51,658 bases of DNA from Limisphaerales bacterium (GTDB lineage Bacteria > Verrucomicrobiota > Verrucomicrobiia > Limisphaerales > SIBE01). The notes beneath the pieces are model-generated. The model was not told the DNA's origin and made no database searches. It saw nothing but the letters and a program-made list of their open reading frames with translations. Below are positions 18,452-28,005 of the stretch, piece after piece; within the stretch, counting starts at the first letter, position 1; each line of letters starts with the position of its first letter. The stretch covers positions 1 to 51,658 of the forward strand of contig JBGAIN010000039.1 in the NCBI GenBank assembly GCA_044225505.1, read 5' to 3'. The position numbers and the translations under genes were made by a program.

Positions 18452-20298
18452 TGTCGATCGTTTTGGAACATCTCATCAAGCGTTATGGACCACAGCTGGT
18501 GGTCAATGACGTTTCGCTTGAAATCGCCGACGGCGAACTCTTCGTCCTCTTAGGAGGCAGCGGCAGCGGAAAAAGCACCATTCTGCGCATGATCGCCGGC
18601 TTGAATCCTTGTGACTCCGGTCGGATCCTACTCCATGCGCGCGATGTTACGCATCTTCCGCCGCAGGAGCGGGGCACAGGGTTTGTCTTCCAGAATTACT
18701 CGATCTTCCGCCACATGACACTGGCGGAAAACATTGAGTTTGGCCTAAAGATTCGGAAGGTTTCCAAAGCCGATCGCGCACGGCGGTGCGAAGAGCTTTT
18801 GGACATGGTGGGATTAGCCGGCTTGGGAGAGCGCTATGCCGATCAGATTTCGGGGGGGCAACAGCAGCGGGTGGCGTTAGCACGGGCATTAGCCTACGAG
18901 CCGACCGTTCTGCTTTTGGATGAGCCACTCGGCGCGCTGGATGTAAAGATCCGTGTGCAATTGCGTCGAAGTTTAAAGGAGATCCAACGCCGCTTGCACG
19001 TGACAACTATCCTCGTTACGCACGATCAAGAGGAGGCGTATGAACTGGCAGATCGCATCGGAGTGCTCGACCGGGGGCGCCTCCTCGAAATCGGACAACC
19101 GGAGAAATTATACTTCCAGCCCAAGAAACTGTTTGTCGCGAGCTTCTTGGGAGGAGGCACGGTGTTAGTCGGTCGCATTTCCCAAGGCCGAGCCCGGCTG
19201 GGCCCGGTCGAATTGACCCTCCCCAAAGACACAGTCCGCGAAGAAGGCGCCTCTGTAGAAGTGCTCTTTCGCCCCGAACAGGTTGTTCTCACGGAAGACG
19301 AGCCCAAGGGGGAGAGGCCTGTCTTGGGCAAAGGTCTCGTTGTGGAAGAGCTTTTCGCCGGTCCTCTCCGGCGCCTGCGATTGCGCCTGCCCCGGCTGGC
19401 TGGAACACGGCAAGTTGCGCCAGTGGTCGCATTCGGCGAAGAAGGCCTTCTGGTCGATGCGCTGGCAGGTGCTGAGTTTCTGCGAGGTGATCGTGAGTGG
19501 TGGGTTTCCCTCCGAGGCTGGACATTGCTTGAACAGGCGCCGCCGCAGTTGCTTGTTATAGATACCGGAGCTAGCTCGACGGCAGCACTTCATTTGGCCG
19601 CGCATCTAGCCAACCAAATGCGGGCGAACGTCACGGTTTTCAGCTTCGGAGAAAACCCAAACCTTGAAGCGCACCGTCTCTCGGTCAAAGCGCGTATAAA
19701 ACAAGCCGGCCTGTCCTCGGCCGATTTGAGACCCGGGTCAGGCAACCTTTTTCAACAGGTCGCCAGCGTCAGTGCGGGCGCGCTTTTCGACCTCATCATC
19801 ACACCGCGCCAATTAGAGAAAGCCGACGGGGAACTGGATGCAGAAGTTTTGGCGCTGTGTCAGTTGCCCGAGGTGCCCGTGCTGATCACCCGAAATGAGG
19901 ACGTGTCTGACATCCGTCGTATATTGATCTGTACTCGAGTCGGTGAACCGGGGAAGAATGATATCCGACTTGGCGGACGACTGGCTCGAAGTCTGGGCGC
20001 TCGTGTGACACTCCTCCACGTCACACCCGACGCGACGCCGGCTGGTGCTCTGGTGGCCCGCCATCTGCGACAAGCATCCGGTGCGCTTCAAGCGCTAGAA
20101 GTGCCAAACGAAATCGTCGTCCAATCGTCGCCACACATCACAGAAACGATCCTCCGCCAGGCTGTCAACCATGATCTGGTGATTCTTGGAGGTCACGGGG
20201 CGCTGGCCCGCACGGTTTTTGATCGCGAAAATGTCACTCTGCAAGTGTTGCGCCGGGCGCTCTGCCCGGTTTTGGTCGTGCCACCCGAGGGCCAATGA
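18448..20298 (+). CDS. CysA-like ABC ATPase fused to C-terminal universal-stress-protein (USP)-like domains
   Basis: Walker A GGSGSGKST, signature ISGGQQQRVALARAL, Walker B LLLDEP and VTHDQEEA. The C-terminal ~250 aa has USP hallmarks (RRILI, ARVTLLHV, HDLVILGGHG, VLRRALCPVLVVP). Confidence 0.9.
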   Translation: MMSIVLEHLIKRYGPQLVVNDVSLEIADGELFVLLGGSGSGKSTILRMIAGLNPCDSGRILLHARDVTHLPPQERGTGFVFQNYSIFRHMTLAENIEFGLKIRKVSKADRARRCEELLDMVGLAGLGERYADQISGGQQQRVALARALAYEPTVLLLDEPLGALDVKIRVQLRRSLKEIQRRLHVTTILVTHDQEEAYELADRIGVLDRGRLLEIGQPEKLYFQPKKLFVASFLGGGTVLVGRISQGRARLGPVELTLPKDTVREEGASVEVLFRPEQVVLTEDEPKGERPVLGKGLVVEELFAGPLRRLRLRLPRLAGTRQVAPVVAFGEEGLLVDALAGAEFLRGDREWWVSLRGWTLLEQAPPQLLVIDTGASSTAALHLAAHLANQMRANVTVFSFGENPNLEAHRLSVKARIKQAGLSSADLRPGSGNLFQQVASVSAGALFDLIITPRQLEKADGELDAEVLALCQLPEVPVLITRNEDVSDIRRILICTRVGEPGKNDIRLGGRLARSLGARVTLLHVTPDATPAGALVARHLRQASGALQALEVPNEIVVQSSPHITETILRQAVNHDLVILGGHGALARTVFDRENVTLQVLRRALCPVLVVPPEGQ

Positions 20299-20325
20299 GC
20301 CTTGTCCGATCGGCGTCGAATCTCG

Positions 20326-20353
20326 TTGTCTCCTGGCGCGAAACTCCTATAAT
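20326..20353 (+). promoter_or_regulatory. Putative sigma70 promoter upstream of the prepilin-like gene
   Basis: TTGTCT-N16-TATAAT with a perfect -10 box, in the intergenic region. Confidence 0.45.
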
Positions 20354-20506
20354 TCGGGGCTAAGCCTGTGAAAACGCCTATCCGCACAGATTCCAGAGTC
20401 TGCGCCGACGGAATTCGTGAATGCTGAAATTTGGAACGTTATGACTACGATTGATCCCAGGGCAACTGCCCGACTTGACCGCGTCCCTCGGGTTTGTCTC
20501 AACCGC

Positions 20507-21295
20507 ATGAAACGCTGCCTTCACGACCGCTGTTTGCGAGGCTTTACCTTGATCGAGCTGCTAGTCGTGATCGCGATTATCGCGATTCTTGCGGGCATGC
20601 TTTTACCAGCGCTGGCCAAGGCGAAGGCCAAAGCTCACCAAACCGCCTGTTTGAACAATCTTCGCCAACTCGGCCTGGCGACCATTATGTACGTGAGCGA
20701 CAACCAGAAATATCCCGGCTCCATTAAAGTTCCGGAGTTTTATTACATTTGGCCTTTGCGACTGTTCAGCCAAATGGGAACTAACCGCTCGTCGTTCTGG
20801 TGTCCGGCGAACAAGGTGGAATTCAAGTGGGATACCAACGTGAATAAGAGTCTCAAAGGAAAGATCGATTTCCTTACTGCGACTGGGGGCGGAAACGGAG
20901 CCGGGATGAGCTACGGCTATAATGACTGGGGCACAGGTGCAGTGACTACCGACGTCAACCAGCAATTAGGCCTGGGTGGGGACGTCAATCCTCCAGCCCA
21001 AGTCGAAATGCCAGAAGCTCGGGTGCGCGTCCCGTCCGACATGATGATGTTGGCCGACAGCAAATCAGATAAGTCCTGGGATGGAAATATCGACTGCAAA
21101 GAGAGTGATCAATGGCCCGCCAAACGCCACAATAACAAGACCGTCGTGATGTTTTGTGATGGGCACGCCGACGCAGCACGCCGGGCTGATATTGTTGACC
21201 CCAAAAACGATACTTGGCGGCGGCGTTGGAATAACGATAACCTTCCCCATCCTGAGTTTACTTGGACAGGCGACAACGGGAAGAGCAAGGACTAA
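20507..21295 (+). CDS. Prepilin-type N-terminal cleavage/methylation protein with H-X9-DG motif (PVC DUF1559-like)
   Basis: [29 protein letters not shown]...CLNNLRQLG and C-terminal [15 protein letters not shown]. Likely start at ATG 20507. Confidence 0.92.
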   Translation: MKRCLHDRCLRGFTLIELLVVIAIIAILAGMLLPALAKAKAKAHQTACLNNLRQLGLATIMYVSDNQKYPGSIKVPEFYYIWPLRLFSQMGTNRSSFWCPANKVEFKWDTNVNKSLKGKIDFLTATGGGNGAGMSYGYNDWGTGAVTTDVNQQLGLGGDVNPPAQVEMPEARVRVPSDMMMLADSKSDKSWDGNIDCKESDQWPAKRHNNKTVVMFCDGHADAARRADIVDPKNDTWRRRWNNDNLPHPEFTWTGDNGKSKD

Positions 21296-21407
21296 CTTCT
21301 CCGCTTCAGACCGAGTGACGCTGCGGGGAATTGGCGCGAGGAACTTCGAGCGAGTTCTTTGAAGCCCTATCTGGCGCGAGCCAAATGCCCTCTTTGGGCC
21401 CTCTGCT

Positions 21408-24400
21408 GTGAGAAACTCAACGGGTTTAGAGTCGCGAGGCTTTCATGAGCCTCCAGGTTGTACAAAGATTATGAAAGATGATCGCAAGGTCAGGAACGCT
21501 CCAGACCATTCACCGCGCCGTTTCGCTCCCATATTAGGTTTCGCTCGAGGTACGCCACTCCGCCGACCGCGGAACTTACTCGGTGGCGGGTGTCTTGGTC
21601 CTCGTCAGCTTTTTACCGCGCTGATCACCCTCACACTCATCTTGAGTCAGAATGCCCTCCGCGCCGATTGGCAGGTAGGCAAAGGGAGGTTGCTGACCCG
21701 CTGGGCCAAAGACGTCTCACCCCAGAATGCGCACCCTGAATACCCGCGCCCGCAGCTAACCCGATCCGACTGGCTCAATTTGAATGGACTCTGGGACTAC
21801 GCAATCACAGACCGCGGTGCTGAAAGACCGGCGGAATTTGGGGGGCAAATTCTTGTCCCGTTCCCAATTGAATCCGCCCTTTCCGGCGTCATGAAACCGC
21901 TCCGCGAAACACAACGCCTGTGGTACCGCCGAATTTTCCAAATACCCGAGAGCTGGCAAGGCAAGAAAGTTCTCTTGCACTTTGGCGCCGTGGATTGGGA
22001 ATCGACAGTAACAGTCAATGGGAAGGAACTCGGGACCCACCGAGGCGGCTACGACGGATTCAGTTTTGACATCTCAAACGCACTCAAACCAGCCGGCGAT
22101 CAGGAGATTGTCGTTGCCGTTTTTGATCCAACCGATGCGGGTTCCCAGCCACGCGGCAAGCAAGTCCGAGATCCTAATGGCATTTGGTACACCCCTACGA
22201 GTGGAATTTGGCAAACGGTCTGGCTGGAGCCAGTCAGTCCAGACCACATCGAGGCTTTGAGGATTACACCTGATGTTGATTCGGCCAAAATCAATGTTGC
22301 AGTGACAATGCAACTATCCCAAGACGACTTGCTCGTCAATGTTGCAGCCTTCGATGGCGAACGTGAAATCGCTGCCGTCGAAAACGCCATTCCCGGCCCC
22401 CGCAACGGCGACCTTGTGACCCGCTCGGTCGACGTTTCTTTTCCGCATCCCAAGCTGTGGTCGCCGGACTCCCCCTTCCTTTACACTCTCCGGGTTCAAT
22501 TAACGAGTAACGGCAAGGTGGTAGATCAGGTCGGTAGTTACGCTGGTCTGCGCAAGATCGCGGTGACCAAAGACGCCGACGGCACACCCCGATTGTATTT
22601 AAACAATCAACCACTCTTTCAGCTAGGGCCGCTCGATCAAGGATTCTGGCCTGATGGGCTCTACACGGCGCCAACCGATGAGGCCCTGCGATTTGACATT
22701 GAGATGACTAAGAAGGTGGGGATGAACATGGCTCGCAAGCATGTGAAGGTCGAACCGGACCGCTGGTACTATTGGTGCGACAAACTCGGACTTCTTGTCT
22801 GGCAGGACATGCCTAGCGGTGACAAGTACATCGGAACTCGCGACCCGGACATCCAACGAACGCCGGAATCTGGAAAACAGTTCGAAACGGAACTCAAAGC
22901 GTTAATCACCGGCCGAGTCAATCATCCCAGCATCGTCATGTGGGTGCCGTTCAATGAGGGCTGGGGTCAGTGGGACACAGCGCGAATTGTCGATCTCGTC
23001 AAACGCTGGGACTCGACCCGTCTCGTAGACAACGCGAGTGGTTGGACAGATCGTCACGTCGGCGACGTCAATGATATCCATTCTTATCCTGGGCCATCTG
23101 CTCCGGGGATCGAGTCGAACCGGGCTGGAGTTCTTGGTGAATTCGGCGGCCTGGGATTGCCTGTGCCGGGCCATACGTGGCAGGAAGAAAAGAATTGGGG
23201 TTACCGCAGTTACAAAAACTCAGAAGAGCTTACGGACGCTTATGTGCGGTTGCTGGCCAAGCTCCATCCTCTGACTGGAGTGCCAGGATTGTCTGCAGCG
23301 GTCTACACGCAGACGACGGACGTCGAGGTTGAGGTCAATGGTCTGATGACCTATGACCGCGAAGTTGTAAAGTTGAACGAAACCGCTATCACCAAAGCGA
23401 ATCAGGCCGTTTATGCACCGCCTCCAGGTCGGCAGCAAAGTGGTGCCGCGCTGGTGCCGCCTGCAACTCCGCTCATCGCGTGTGATCCCTATTTTAGTGT
23501 CTGGTCACCGAGCGACACCCTCACCGGCGACGACACGATTCATTGGACCGGGCGACCACACCGTTTGAGCAGCTTGATTCGAATTGACGGGAAAACGTTC
23601 CGGGTGATGGGAGCAGAGCCACCGTCGATTCCAGCACTGGCGCAGAAGAGCGTGCTCGTTTTGCCTACCCGCACGGTCTATTCGTTTGAAGGCGGAGGAA
23701 TTACCCTATCGTTAACGTTTCTGACGCCTGCAATTCCCGAAGATATCGATCTTCTCTCCCGGCCGATCACGTATATCACCTACGATGTTCGCGCCACGGA
23801 TGGCCAATCGCACGAGGTTGCCATCTACTTCGACGCAGGAGCGGAATTGGCTGTAAACCAACCGCGCCAGGCAGTGGAGTGGCAAACCGAAACGATTCCC
23901 GGACTGAGTGTTATCAAGGTGGGATCGAGAGATCAGCCGATCCTCGCCAAGCGCGGGGATGACCTTCGGATTGATTGGGGTTACCTTTACCTGGCCACCC
24001 CCCAAGGCCCATCTAGTCAGGTGCGAGTCGTGCCAGCAAGCGCCGCGCGCAAAGACTTTGCGGCTAGAGGAAGCCTGGCAGGAGATTACGGTCCATTGCC
24101 CGGACCTAGCGCCGAAGCGTCTGGGGTGGGTGCGATCAACCTGACCTTGGGTTCGGTCAGTGAACGCACCGTTTCGCGCTGGTTGTTGTTGGCTTACGAC
24201 GACCTCTATTCGATCCAGTACATGCAGCACAATCTTCGCCCTTACTGGCGTCGCCATGGGTGGGAAGCTGCCGATTTATTAACGGCGTCCTTGAGTGGAT
24301 ATGACTCTATCCAGCGCCGCTGCGCCGCGTTTGACAAAGAATTAATGGCTGACCTCACCGCTGCAGGCGGAGACCGTTATGCTCGCATTTGCGCGCTGGC

Positions 24401-27400
24401 TTTTCGTCAGTGCTTTGCCGCTGGCAAGTTCGTTGCCGATGAGAACGGCCAACCTCTTTCGTTCTGCAAAGAGAACTTCAGCAACGGTTGCATCGCGACG
24501 TCTGATGTCTTCTATCCCATGGCACCGCAGTTCCTATTGTTCGGATCTTCGGTGGCGAAGTCGTTTCTCGTACCGTTCATGAATTACGCCAATTCGCCCC
24601 GGTGGAAGTTTCCGTTCGCTCCACACGATTTAGGAACTTATCCACATGCTAACGGCCAGGTCTACGGCGGCGGCGAACGAACAGAGGAGAATCAGATGCC
24701 AGTCGAAGAGACCGGTAACCTGCTAATTCTCTTAGCCGCAGTTTCCCAGATCGACGGCAATACCGCCTTTGCAACGCCCTACTGGCCGCTGCTGGAACGC
24801 TGGGCCGATTATTTGAAAGCCAAAGGATTTGATCCTGAAAACCAGCTGTGCACAGACGATTTTGCCGGCCATCTGGCGCACAACGTCAATCTAAGCGCCA
24901 AAGCGATCTGTGGCTTGGGCGCGTTTGCTAAAATGTGCGAGATGCGCGGAGATCGCGATCAAGCGGCAGAGTACCGCAAAGTTGCAAAAGAATTCGCAGA
25001 TCGCTGGATCAAGGAAGCAGACGACGGTGATCATTTCCGCCTTGCCTTCGACCGTCCGGGAAGTTGGAGCCAAAAATACAATCTCATTTGGGATAAGATC
25101 CTGGGATTGAACCTGTGGCCCGCCGAAGTCTTGCGAAAGGAGATGAATTACTACAAATCGATCCAGAACAAGTATGGACTTCCGTTGGACAACCGCGAGA
25201 CCTATACGAAGCTCGATTGGATTCTTTGGACCGCCACCCTCACTCAAGATCGTTCCGATTTTCAGGCACTGGTTGATCCCGTCTTTAAGTTTTTGAACGA
25301 GACTTACGACCGATCCCCGATGACAGACTGGTATCAGACGAAGTCAGGTAGGCGGGTCGGATTCACGGCGCGGCCGGTCGTCGGGGGTGTCTTTGCCCAG
25401 ATGCTTTACAACAAGAGCTTGTGGACCAAATGGGCCGCTCGCGATGTCACGAAAGCCGCCAATTGGGCTCCCCTCCCCGTCGCTCCCAAGACGGCGATCG
25501 TGATCCCGACGTCGGAAGACGTCGGATTATCCTGGAATTACACGACGCAACGCCCCGCACAAGGCTGGAACACCGGCGGGTTTGATGCCAGCTCCTGGGC
25601 CGAAGGGCCAGGCGGATTTGGTACCGCCGGAACGCCCGGGGCGGTAGTGCGAACCGTCTGGAATACGCCCGACATATGGCTGCGACGCGAAATCACGCTG
25701 CCGGACCGCCCGTCGGGCCAACTTCAGTTTCGCGTTCATCACGATGAAGACGTTGAGATTTATATCGATGGCGTCCTGGCGGGCACAGCACAAGGCTTCA
25801 CCTCGGATTACGAAAGCCTCCCAATCAATGCCAATGTGCTGGCGTCGCTGAAACCTGGCAAGCATCTGCTAGCGGTGCACTGCCGCCAGACTGCCGGTGG
25901 CCAATATATAGACGTAGGACTCACAGAGCGCGTTGCGGCGCAACCTCGGGCCGCGGCGCAAAAGGCAATTGTCCCAGGCGTCCAGATCACTCCCGATCCG
26001 AGAGGGAGTTTGTATATCGGCAATCGTGCCCCGCTTCGGCCAAGCCCGTTCGTCCGGCTACCCATCGGCAGCATCACACCACGTGGTTGGTTGCGACAAC
26101 AACTCGCGCTGGAAGCAGACGGAATGACTGGTCGCCTCCCCGAGGTTTCGAAGTGGTGCCAATTCGAAGGGAATGCCTGGGCGTCGCCCACTGGGCAAGG
26201 ACACAGCGGGTGGGAAGAACTCCCCTACTGGCTAAAGGGTTTCGGGGATTTAGGCTATGTCTTGAAAGACGAACGCATCATTGAGGAAGCACGGCGGTGG
26301 ATTGAGGCGGTTTTGTCGAGTCAGGAACCTAGTGGGTGGTTCGGGCCGCGCGCTCTTAAGACTTCGCTCGAAGGCAAGCCCGACCTGTGGCCGCACATGG
26401 TGATGCTAAACGTCCTCCAGTCCTTTTATGAGTATTCTCAAGATGAGCGAGTCATCCCGTTCATGTTGCGATACCACCGCTGGCTTAACGGACTTCCCGC
26501 GTCCACGTTCGGTAACGGTTATTGGCCGAAGATCCGGTTTGGCGACAACATCGAAACGGCTTATTGGCTGTACAATCGTACCGGAGAAGCCTGGCTCTTG
26601 GAATTGACCGAAAGGATCCACCGAAACATGCAGGATTGGACGACGGGGGTGCACAATTGGCACAACGTCAATGTCTCCCAGGGTTTCCGCGAGCCTGGCG
26701 TCTATTACGTACAAGCTCAGGATGAGAAGTTTCTTCAAGCAGCGGAACGTAACTATCAGACAGTCCGTGACCTTTACGGTCAATTCCCAGGGGGCGGCTT
26801 TGCAGGCGATGAGAACTGCCGTCCAGGTTACACCGATCCGCGACAGGGGTTTGAGACGTGTGGCATCGTCGAATTCATGCACAGCTTCGAAATGCTCAAT
26901 CGGATCAGCGCAAATCCGGTTTGGTTGGACCGTTGTGAGGAACTCGCCTTCAACTCCCTACCCGCAGCCCTGACACCAGACTGGAAAGGATTGCATTATC
27001 TGACCTGTGCCAACCAAATTCAGTTGGACAAAAACAACAAGAGCCCAGCGATAGAAAATAGTGGAACGATGTTTTCTTATAGCCCTTTCGAGGTCTACCG
27101 TTGTTGCCAGCACAACGTTTCCCACGGGTGGCCGTACTATGCGGAGGAGCTGTGGCTCGGAACTGCAGATCGAGGCCTGTGCGCGGCGCTCTACGCCGCC
27201 AGCGAGGTCACGGCCAAGGTTGGAGACAATCATAAGGTCACAATTTCAGAAACCACAGACTACCCTTTTTCTGAGACTGTCACCTTGCGGCTCAGCTGCT
27301 CTGGCACAGTTGAGTTCCCGCTCTATTTACGCATTCCAGGTTGGTGCAAGTCAGCCTCGGTGAAAGTCAATGGCCAAGACGTTTCGATTGAAACGACACC

Positions 27401-27956
27401 GCTTTCTTACGCTCGTCTCTCCCGCACCTGGCACGATGGCGACACGGTGATATTACAGTTGCCGATGGCGATCGCCGTTCGTCGCTGGACTAAGAATCAC
27501 GATGCCGCATCCGTTGATTACGGTCCGCTAAGTTTCTCGCTGCAAATCGGAGAGAAATGGACACGTTACGGGAACAACGACGCTTGGCCAGAATGGCAGG
27601 TTTTCGCTAGCACACCGTGGAATTTTGGACTCCTACTCCCAGACAAAGACCCGGCCAGTGCTTTTCAAGTGGTTCGCAAACCCGGCCCCATGCCGGCCAA
27701 TCCGTTTACGGCAGATACGGTGCCCTTGCGCCTGAAGGGCAAAGGAAAGCGGATTCCTGGATGGAACCTGGACAACACCGGCCTAATCGGCTTGCTCCAA
27801 AACAGTCCCATTAAAACACCGAAATCAGCGCAAGCGATTGAACTCATCCCCATGGGAGCTGCCCGGCTGCGTATTTCCATGTTTCCCGTTCTCGGAGACG
27901 GTGAAAACGCTCGAGAATGGGTTGAATCCAAAACGCCGGTTGAGGTTCAGCGGTAA
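21408..27956 (+). CDS. 2182-aa multi-catalytic glycosidase: GH2 + GtaA-like (DUF4964/DUF5127/DUF4965/DUF1793) + galactose-binding-like domain + GH127/GH146
   Basis: GH2: EYPRPQL, LHFGAVD, SGIWQTVWLE, WVPFNEGW, VLGEFGG. GtaA-like: PLIACDPYFSVWS, KENFSNG, APHDLGTYP, MPVEETGN, QLCTDDFAG, GFTARPVVGG. Beta-sandwich: WNTPDIWLRR...HHDEDVEIY...GGQYIDVG. GH127/146: GWEELPYW, FETCG, YRCCQHN. The exact start is uncertain. Confidence 0.9.
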   Translation: MRNSTGLESRGFHEPPGCTKIMKDDRKVRNAPDHSPRRFAPILGFARGTPLRRPRNLLGGGCLGPRQLFTALITLTLILSQNALRADWQVGKGRLLTRWAKDVSPQNAHPEYPRPQLTRSDWLNLNGLWDYAITDRGAERPAEFGGQILVPFPIESALSGVMKPLRETQRLWYRRIFQIPESWQGKKVLLHFGAVDWESTVTVNGKELGTHRGGYDGFSFDISNALKPAGDQEIVVAVFDPTDAGSQPRGKQVRDPNGIWYTPTSGIWQTVWLEPVSPDHIEALRITPDVDSAKINVAVTMQLSQDDLLVNVAAFDGEREIAAVENAIPGPRNGDLVTRSVDVSFPHPKLWSPDSPFLYTLRVQLTSNGKVVDQVGSYAGLRKIAVTKDADGTPRLYLNNQPLFQLGPLDQGFWPDGLYTAPTDEALRFDIEMTKKVGMNMARKHVKVEPDRWYYWCDKLGLLVWQDMPSGDKYIGTRDPDIQRTPESGKQFETELKALITGRVNHPSIVMWVPFNEGWGQWDTARIVDLVKRWDSTRLVDNASGWTDRHVGDVNDIHSYPGPSAPGIESNRAGVLGEFGGLGLPVPGHTWQEEKNWGYRSYKNSEELTDAYVRLLAKLHPLTGVPGLSAAVYTQTTDVEVEVNGLMTYDREVVKLNETAITKANQAVYAPPPGRQQSGAALVPPATPLIACDPYFSVWSPSDTLTGDDTIHWTGRPHRLSSLIRIDGKTFRVMGAEPPSIPALAQKSVLVLPTRTVYSFEGGGITLSLTFLTPAIPEDIDLLSRPITYITYDVRATDGQSHEVAIYFDAGAELAVNQPRQAVEWQTETIPGLSVIKVGSRDQPILAKRGDDLRIDWGYLYLATPQGPSSQVRVVPASAARKDFAARGSLAGDYGPLPGPSAEASGVGAINLTLGSVSERTVSRWLLLAYDDLYSIQYMQHNLRPYWRRHGWEAADLLTASLSGYDSIQRRCAAFDKELMADLTAAGGDRYARICALAFRQCFAAGKFVADENGQPLSFCKENFSNGCIATSDVFYPMAPQFLLFGSSVAKSFLVPFMNYANSPRWKFPFAPHDLGTYPHANGQVYGGGERTEENQMPVEETGNLLILLAAVSQIDGNTAFATPYWPLLERWADYLKAKGFDPENQLCTDDFAGHLAHNVNLSAKAICGLGAFAKMCEMRGDRDQAAEYRKVAKEFADRWIKEADDGDHFRLAFDRPGSWSQKYNLIWDKILGLNLWPAEVLRKEMNYYKSIQNKYGLPLDNRETYTKLDWILWTATLTQDRSDFQALVDPVFKFLNETYDRSPMTDWYQTKSGRRVGFTARPVVGGVFAQMLYNKSLWTKWAARDVTKAANWAPLPVAPKTAIVIPTSEDVGLSWNYTTQRPAQGWNTGGFDASSWAEGPGGFGTAGTPGAVVRTVWNTPDIWLRREITLPDRPSGQLQFRVHHDEDVEIYIDGVLAGTAQGFTSDYESLPINANVLASLKPGKHLLAVHCRQTAGGQYIDVGLTERVAAQPRAAAQKAIVPGVQITPDPRGSLYIGNRAPLRPSPFVRLPIGSITPRGWLRQQLALEADGMTGRLPEVSKWCQFEGNAWASPTGQGHSGWEELPYWLKGFGDLGYVLKDERIIEEARRWIEAVLSSQEPSGWFGPRALKTSLEGKPDLWPHMVMLNVLQSFYEYSQDERVIPFMLRYHRWLNGLPASTFGNGYWPKIRFGDNIETAYWLYNRTGEAWLLELTERIHRNMQDWTTGVHNWHNVNVSQGFREPGVYYVQAQDEKFLQAAERNYQTVRDLYGQFPGGGFAGDENCRPGYTDPRQGFETCGIVEFMHSFEMLNRISANPVWLDRCEELAFNSLPAALTPDWKGLHYLTCANQIQLDKNNKSPAIENSGTMFSYSPFEVYRCCQHNVSHGWPYYAEELWLGTADRGLCAALYAASEVTAKVGDNHKVTISETTDYPFSETVTLRLSCSGTVEFPLYLRIPGWCKSASVKVNGQDVSIETTPLSYARLSRTWHDGDTVILQLPMAIAVRRWTKNHDAASVDYGPLSFSLQIGEKWTRYGNNDAWPEWQVFASTPWNFGLLLPDKDPASAFQVVRKPGPMPANPFTADTVPLRLKGKGKRIPGWNLDNTGLIGLLQNSPIKTPKSAQAIELIPMGAARLRISMFPVLGDGENAREWVESKTPVEVQR

Positions 27957-28005
27957 CCCTTAGAAAACCTTGAGCGGCGGTGGATCGCACTAAGCCGGAG
28001 ATCGT

